From NCBI GenBank assembly GCA_963665125.2, contig CAXXUK010000001.1, positions 2,944,001 through 3,008,000 on the forward strand: a stretch of 64,000 bases of DNA. The letters run 5' to 3'. Positions 58,678 to 64,000 of the stretch are shown piece by piece (the stretch's first letter is position 1; every line of letters starts with the position of its first letter). The position numbers and the translations under genes were made by a program. Source of the DNA: an uncultured Desulfarculus sp. (GTDB lineage Bacteria > Desulfobacterota > Desulfarculia > Desulfarculales > Desulfarculaceae). A model generated the notes under the pieces. It was not told where the DNA came from and did no database searches. It was given only the letters and a program-made list of their open reading frames with translations.

Positions 58678-60534
58678 CTACTTTGGCCCGCTGGCGGTGT
58701 CAAGGGCGGCAAGGAAGGCTTCGATGCGCCGCGCCGTGGGTGCGTCAATCCCCGCCTTTTCGGTGATTTCCCTGGCATTTGCCTTCTTGATGGCTGCCAG
58801 GGAGCCGAAGGCCGTAAGCAGCTTCTTCTTTTTACCAGTTCCCACGCCGGGTATCTCGTCCAGAACGGATTTTTTAAGGGCTTTTGAGCGCAGCAGCTTG
58901 TGGTAGGTCACGGCAAAGCGGTGGGCCTCGTCGCGCAGGCGCATCACCAGCAGCAGGGCCGGTTCCCTGGGTCCCAGGTTGACGGGATTTTTGCGCCCCG
59001 GCGTGAAGATGCGGTCCGGTTCATCGGCCTGGCGACCCTTGGCAATGGCCGCCAGGGCCGGGCGCTTTTCCGGAGGCAGTTTGGCCAATACGTCCACGGC
59101 GATGTTGAGCTGGCCCTTGCCGCCGTCGACCACCAGCAGATCCGGCGGCTCCTGGTCGCCGCCCAGGCGGCGGGCGAGCACCTGGGCCATGCTGGCGTAG
59201 TCGTCGGGCGCGCCTTCCTGGCCGATGACCTTGTAGCGCCGGTAGCCGCTTTTTTCGGGGACGCCGCCGTCAAAGGCCACCACGCTGGCCACGGTGAGCC
59301 TGCCTCCCATGTGCGAGATATCCACGCACTCCATACGGCGGGGCGGTTCCAGGCCCAGTTTGGCGCCCAGTCGCTCCACCGCGGCCATGGGTTCGTCGGC
59401 GGCCTGTCTGGGCTGTCCGGCGTTAAGCATGGCCAAATCCAATAGCCCGCGTTTTTCGCCCCGCTGGGGCAGGCGCAGTTCCACCCGGCGGCCGGCCCGC
59501 TCACCCAGGATTTCGGCCAGCAGGTGCGGGTCTTCGGGCATGTGCGACACCAGCACCAAGGGCGGCGGCGCGGCCTCGGCGTACAGGGTCAACAGGGCCT
59601 GGGACATGACCGCCTCAGGGCCCGTTGCCGCGGCGTCGGGCTCGAAGACCCTGCTGTCCTCCACCCTGCCCCGGCGCACCTTCAGAACGGCCAGGCGCAG
59701 GCCCTCGGCGTTGTCGTGCAGGGCCACGGCGTCCAGGTCCGACTCCTCGGCCCGGCTGACCATCTGCCGCTCCAGGGTGCTCTTGAGGGCGAAGAGCCGG
59801 TCCCGCAGGCGGGCTGCGTCTTCGTATCTTTCCTCGGCGGCCGCCCGGCGCATCAGGGCCTCCAACTCGGCAGCCAGTTCCTCGCCCTTGCCGCCGAAAA
59901 AGGCTTTCACCTGGCCCACCAGCCCGGCGTATTCGTCTTTGCTCACCGCGCCTATGCACGGGCCCAGGCAGCGGGCCGTTTCATAATCCAGGCAGGCCCG
60001 CCGGCGGGTCTTCAGGGAATGGTCCGAGCAACGGCGCAGGGGAAAGATGCGCTGGATCATACGCAGGGTCCGCTTGGCCGCTCCGGCGCTGTCAAAGGGG
60101 CCGTAATACAGGGCGCCGTCGGTGCGGTCGGGCCTGCGGACCATGGTCAGGCGGGGAAATTCGCCGCTGGTGGACAGGCGAAAATACGGGTAGCTCTTGT
60201 CGTCGCGCAGGTCCACGTTGTAACGGGGCCGGTGCCGCTTGATCAGGGTGTGCTCCAGCAGCAGGGCCTCTTTTTCATTGCCGGTGACCACGAAATCCAC
60301 CGAGGCGACCTTGGCCACCATGGTCATGACCTTGTGGGTGTAATAGGTGTGGCTGGCCGGTGGGCGGCTGTAGCTGGTCACCCGGGTGCGCAGGCTTTTG
60401 GCCTTGCCCACGTAGATGACCTTGCCCGCGCCGTCTTTCATCAGATAGCAGCCCGGTTTCATAGGCAGATTGGGGAGGGCCCGTTTGATGGCCTCGGCCC
60501 CCCGCACGGGGGTTGGCTTTTGTTCCTGGGGCAT
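58678..60534 (-). CDS. uvrC: Excinuclease ABC subunit C
   Basis: GIY-YIG (PGCY, YVGKAKSL), DDKSYP, DISH, DGGKGQ, RDEAHRFA and HhH motifs. Confidence 0.98.
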   Translation of the reverse strand: MPQEQKPTPVRGAEAIKRALPNLPMKPGCYLMKDGAGKVIYVGKAKSLRTRVTSYSRPPASHTYYTHKVMTMVAKVASVDFVVTGNEKEALLLEHTLIKRHRPRYNVDLRDDKSYPYFRLSTSGEFPRLTMVRRPDRTDGALYYGPFDSAGAAKRTLRMIQRIFPLRRCSDHSLKTRRRACLDYETARCLGPCIGAVSKDEYAGLVGQVKAFFGGKGEELAAELEALMRRAAAEERYEDAARLRDRLFALKSTLERQMVSRAEESDLDAVALHDNAEGLRLAVLKVRRGRVEDSRVFEPDAAATGPEAVMSQALLTLYAEAAPPPLVLVSHMPEDPHLLAEILGERAGRRVELRLPQRGEKRGLLDLAMLNAGQPRQAADEPMAAVERLGAKLGLEPPRRMECVDISHMGGRLTVASVVAFDGGVPEKSGYRRYKVIGQEGAPDDYASMAQVLARRLGGDQEPPDLLVVDGGKGQLNIAVDVLAKLPPEKRPALAAIAKGRQADEPDRIFTPGRKNPVNLGPREPALLLVMRLRDEAHRFAVTYHKLLRSKALKKSVLDEIPGVGTGKKKKLLTAFGSLAAIKKANAREITEKAGIDAPTARRIEAFLAALDTASGPK

Positions 60535-60555
60535 GGGCCTGGTTCCGCCGCCGGT

Positions 60556-61383
60556 TTAAGGCGCCAGTTCCAGAATTTCGGAGGCGTTGGCAAGCATGCG
60601 GCCCATCTGGACGACCAGGCCGTCCAATTCACGGCGGGTCATGCGCAGTTCAAACAGGGCCGTGGCGGGCACGTCGAATTCATCGTCGCCCGTTTCGCAG
60701 CCATAGCCGGTGGCCGTGGCGATATGGCTGGCCACGCAGACGATATTGGTGTGACGCACGGCAATGCGGGCCTTGGCTGGGGCGTGGTGCAGGCAGATCA
60801 CCTCCACGGTCTCCGGAGCAAGTTTCCACCTTTTGGCGATGCGGCCGCCCAATTCGGCATGGTCGATGCCCAAGGCCTCCTTTTCGGCCATGGTGTAGGT
60901 GTAGCCTTCCACGGTTACGAAGTGTTGAATCTCTTCAAAGACATCCCGGACAAACTCGGCGATGATCGTCTTGCCCACATCGTGCAGCACCGCGCCTGTG
61001 TGCAGGGCGGCCATGTCTTGGACATTGACCATGCGGCCCAATTCCTTGGCGATAAGCGCGGTGGCCATAGAATGGCGCCAGATTGATTCGTTGCCCTTGA
61101 AATACTGGGCCACGGCGCTGCTCAGGGCAACTTCAGCCACATTCTGCGCTCCCAACTGGGGTACGGCCTGCTCCAGGGAGTTTGCCTTATGACGCAGGCC
61201 GAAAAATGCCGAATTGACCCTCCTGAGCACATGAACCGTGATTGCCTGATCCATGTTGATGGTGTTGATCAGTTCCTGGGTGGAGTAATCAGGGTCGGAC
61301 GTCAGCGCTATAACCTTTGTAACCACCGTGGGCATGGGCGGCATTTTTTCGGCCTGGGCGGCTATGCGGCTGAGGTAGCTCAT
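60556..61383 (-). CDS. HDOD domain protein
   Basis: NSAFFG, WRHS, LHDVGK, DHAELG and W.L motifs. Confidence 0.92.
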   Translation of the reverse strand: MSYLSRIAAQAEKMPPMPTVVTKVIALTSDPDYSTQELINTINMDQAITVHVLRRVNSAFFGLRHKANSLEQAVPQLGAQNVAEVALSSAVAQYFKGNESIWRHSMATALIAKELGRMVNVQDMAALHTGAVLHDVGKTIIAEFVRDVFEEIQHFVTVEGYTYTMAEKEALGIDHAELGGRIAKRWKLAPETVEVICLHHAPAKARIAVRHTNIVCVASHIATATGYGCETGDDEFDVPATALFELRMTRRELDGLVVQMGRMLANASEILELAP

Positions 61384-61673
61384 ATGGAGGAGGCCTTTCG
61401 CTGGAATTAATTAGCAGATGTTAATCTAAAAGGCTCTTGCATTTCAAATAATACCATTCAACAGGGTTTTTTTGCCAGATTGCGACGGCGCCGCTGCCTG
61501 TGCCGGTAAAAGACATGCGCGAACAGCCACACGAACAACGTTAGCGGACCCGCTTGGATATCCACGGTATCCGTGCATAAGGCCGAACCGGTCGCGGACT
61601 CCCTGGTGGTGAGCAGGTGACGCCATTGGGACAATCGAGTATGGCGCTTATTTTGACTCCCATGGACCCCTCG

Positions 61674-61739
61674 CCGTCAGGCGGTGCGCCACCGGAGTTC
61701 CTGTTCCTCCAGAGCCTTGATCTGGTCGCGCGGCTCGGC
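61674..61739 (-). repeat. Duplicate of the uvrB 3' end (direct repeat of 62334-62399)
   Basis: 63/66 nt identical at an offset of 660 bp; includes the uvrB stop codon. Confidence 0.95.
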
Positions 61740-61742
61740 AAA

Positions 61743-62323
61743 TTATCGTTTGCGCATGCCCTGCTTTTCCAGAAGCGCGCATAGATCGTCAATATCTTTT
61801 TCGTTCGCGGCCGTTTCAAGGAATACGTCACCGCAATCAGGCTCGGGCATTGGTTGCGCCCCGGCGGCAACGGCTTTTTTTATCATCCTGCGTAAACGCA
61901 ATTGGCGGTATTTAAACAGGATTAGGGCGAAAATATAAATATTACTAAAATGGGATGCAAGAGCAATAATATCGTCAGAAAATTTGGTCCGTCCGTCATC
62001 GGTGTCGCGGATTGTTATCGTGTGAATCCAAACGAGAAAGGGACCCAAGCCGTCATCCCTCACCCTGTACAAACGGTTGCCGGGGGTGTCGCGGATATTC
62101 TCGAACCTTAGCTTTATTCGCTGCTTGTGCAAAGGGATAAACCCAAGCAGGCGCTGTCTTACCTCATAGTCGCCTTCGGTCCATGGCCCGGCGTAATATT
62201 CCAGGTCAGAGGACCTGTAAGTCACTAACGGCGAAAACGTACGCAAAACATTTTCGACCCGAGAAACATCTGCCATACTTGCTCGGCCGGGCAATCCAGG
62301 ATGACTGTATACCGAAGCTGCAT
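61743..62323 (-). pseudogene. SRPBCC-like protein gene with a 1-nt frameshift
   Basis: ATG 62323 with GGAG RBS gives MQLRYTVILDCPAEQVWQMF, then continues in another frame as SRVENVLRTFSPLV...W.H.I.I...RQ.R; total length 581 nt (3n-1). Confidence 0.65.
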
Positions 62324-62336
62324 GGTTAATGCTCCG

Positions 62337-64000
62337 TCAGGCGGTGCGCCACCGGAGTTCCTGTTCCTCCAGGGCCTTGATCTGGTCGCGCAGTTCGGCG
62401 GCCTCCTCGAAGCGCAGGCCGTCGGCGGCCTTGAGCATCCGTGTCCGCAAGTCTTCTATAAGTGACGGCACATCGTCAAGACCTTTTTCCGGGGCGGCCT
62501 CGGCCAGGGGCACGGTGCTGTAGTCGGACTCAAGCTCATGGGGCAGCATGGCGCTGATGGCCTTTTTGATGGTTTCCGGGGTGATGCCGTGTTCGGCGTT
62601 GAACTGCTCCTGGACCTGGCGGCGGCGGCCGGTCTCCTCCATGGTCTTGGCGATGGATTCGGTGATAACGTCGGCGTAGAAGATAACCTTGCCGCCCACA
62701 TTGCGGGCCGCCCGGCCGGAGGTCTGGATCAGGCTGCGGGCCGAGCGCAGGAAGCCCTCGCGGTCGGCGTCCAGGATGGCCACCAGGCTGACCTCGGGCA
62801 GGTCCAGGCCCTCCCGCAGCAGGTTGATGCCCACCAGGATGTCGAAATCGCCCCGTCTGAGCCCTTGCAGCAGCCTCACCCGCTCGATGGTGTCGATGTC
62901 GCTGTGCAGGTATTGCACCTTGAGACCCATCTCGCCCAGGTATTCGGTGAGTTCCTCGGCCATGCGCTTGGTCAGGGTCGTCACCAGGGCCCGTTCGCCC
63001 CTGGCCGTAACCCGGCGCAGCTGCTCCATGACGTCGTCCACCTGGCCCGTGGCCGGGCGCACCTCGATGACCGGGTCCATCAGGCCGGTGGGCCGGATGA
63101 GCTGCTCCACCACCACGCCCTGGGCCTTTTCCAGCTCATAGTCCGCCGGGGTGGCCGAGACATAGACGGCCCTGTCCAGCAGGCCGTTGAACTCCTCGAA
63201 GTTCAGGGGCCGGTTGTCCAGGGCGCTGGGCAGGCGGAAGCCGTATTCGGTGAGGGTCCGTTTGCGGCTCTGGTCGCCGTTGTACATGCCCCGGACCTGA
63301 GGCACGGTGATGTGGCTCTCGTCGATGATCATCAGCCACTTCTTGGGGAAGTAGTCCAGCAGCGTGGGCGGCGGTTCGCCGGGGGCCCGGCCGGTGAGAT
63401 GGCGGGAGTAGTTCTCGATGCCGTGGCACCAGCCCAGCTCCTTCATCATCTCGATGTCAAAAAGCGTTCGCTCCCTGATGCGCTGGGCCTCGATGAGCTG
63501 GTTGTTGTCCTCGAAGAACTTTATCCGGTCGGCCAGTTCGCCGCGGATCTGGGCTATGGCCGCCTCGCGGATCGACTCGGTGGTCACATAGTGGCTGGCC
63601 GGAAAGATGCTGACCTTGCGTGTCTGCTCCAAGGCCTGACCCCGCAGGGGGTCGATAAAGCTGATGCGCTCCACCTCGTCGCCGAAAAACTCGATGCGCA
63701 CGGCCCGGTCTTCCTCATAGGCCGGGAAGACCTCCACAACATCGCCGCGCACCCGGAAGGTGCCCCGGTGAAAGGAGTACTCGTTGCGCTCATAGAGCAT
63801 CTCGATGAGCTTGCGGATCACGGCCTCCCGGCTGACCTCGTCGCCCTGCTCCAGATAGATCAGCATGCCCGCATAGGCCTCGGGCGAACCCAGGCCGTAG
63901 ATGCAGCTAACCGAGGAGACGATGATCACGTCCTGGCGGGTCAGCAGGGCGAAGGTGGCCGCGTGGCGCATCTTGTCGATGCGCTCGTTGATGGACGAGT
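62337..64000 (-). CDS. uvrB: Excinuclease ABC subunit B (partial, 5' end outside window)
   Basis: [35 protein letters not shown] and C-terminal FEEAAELRD motifs. Confidence 0.98.
   Translation of the reverse strand, partial: SSINERIDKMRHAATFALLTRQDVIIVSSVSCIYGLGSPEAYAGMLIYLEQGDEVSREAVIRKLIEMLYERNEYSFHRGTFRVRGDVVEVFPAYEEDRAVRIEFFGDEVERISFIDPLRGQALEQTRKVSIFPASHYVTTESIREAAIAQIRGELADRIKFFEDNNQLIEAQRIRERTLFDIEMMKELGWCHGIENYSRHLTGRAPGEPPPTLLDYFPKKWLMIIDESHITVPQVRGMYNGDQSRKRTLTEYGFRLPSALDNRPLNFEEFNGLLDRAVYVSATPADYELEKAQGVVVEQLIRPTGLMDPVIEVRPATGQVDDVMEQLRRVTARGERALVTTLTKRMAEELTEYLGEMGLKVQYLHSDIDTIERVRLLQGLRRGDFDILVGINLLREGLDLPEVSLVAILDADREGFLRSARSLIQTSGRAARNVGGKVIFYADVITESIAKTMEETGRRRQVQEQFNAEHGITPETIKKAISAMLPHELESDYSTVPLAEAAPEKGLDDVPSLIEDLRTRMLKAADGLRFEEAAELRDQIKALEEQELRWRTA

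Noticed and set aside
61487..61624. tmRNA, 6S RNA, tRNA-Sec or a known riboswitch
   Set aside because: Diagnostic motifs (T-loop with CCA end, SRP GGAA loop, riboswitch cores) not found in the right arrangement

Overview
GC-rich bacterial chromosome segment. Gene content (Hdr/Mvh, DsrE, TusA, DUF1638, DUF4405, sigma54 promoters, HDOD, MAF-like protein) suggests an anaerobic Desulfobacterota/deltaproteobacterium; this is inference. Housekeeping genes: gnd, purB, kdsB, tatB/tatC, uvrC and partial uvrB. Best candidates for a closer look: (1) a sigma54-preceded operon tusA-mvhD-hdrA'-hdrA''-wHTH-dsrE-hdrD-DUF1638 (4.9-11.6 kb), with two domain-complementary HdrA subunits and an atypical MvhD; (2) an 850-bp non-coding gap (19.7-20.6 kb) carrying three copies of a multi-hairpin element with compensatory changes and A(N)GGA loops resembling CsrA sites; (3) a 1849-aa secreted multidomain protein with a possible nucleotidyltransferase motif, inside a cluster of secreted proteins (40-48.7 kb); (4) a 66-bp duplication of the uvrB 3' end flanking a single frameshifted gene; (5) a diguanylate cyclase with a YhhQ/VUT-like membrane domain. 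No rRNA, tRNA, CRISPR array or transposase was recognised. Family calls come from motif recognition by eye, not database searches.
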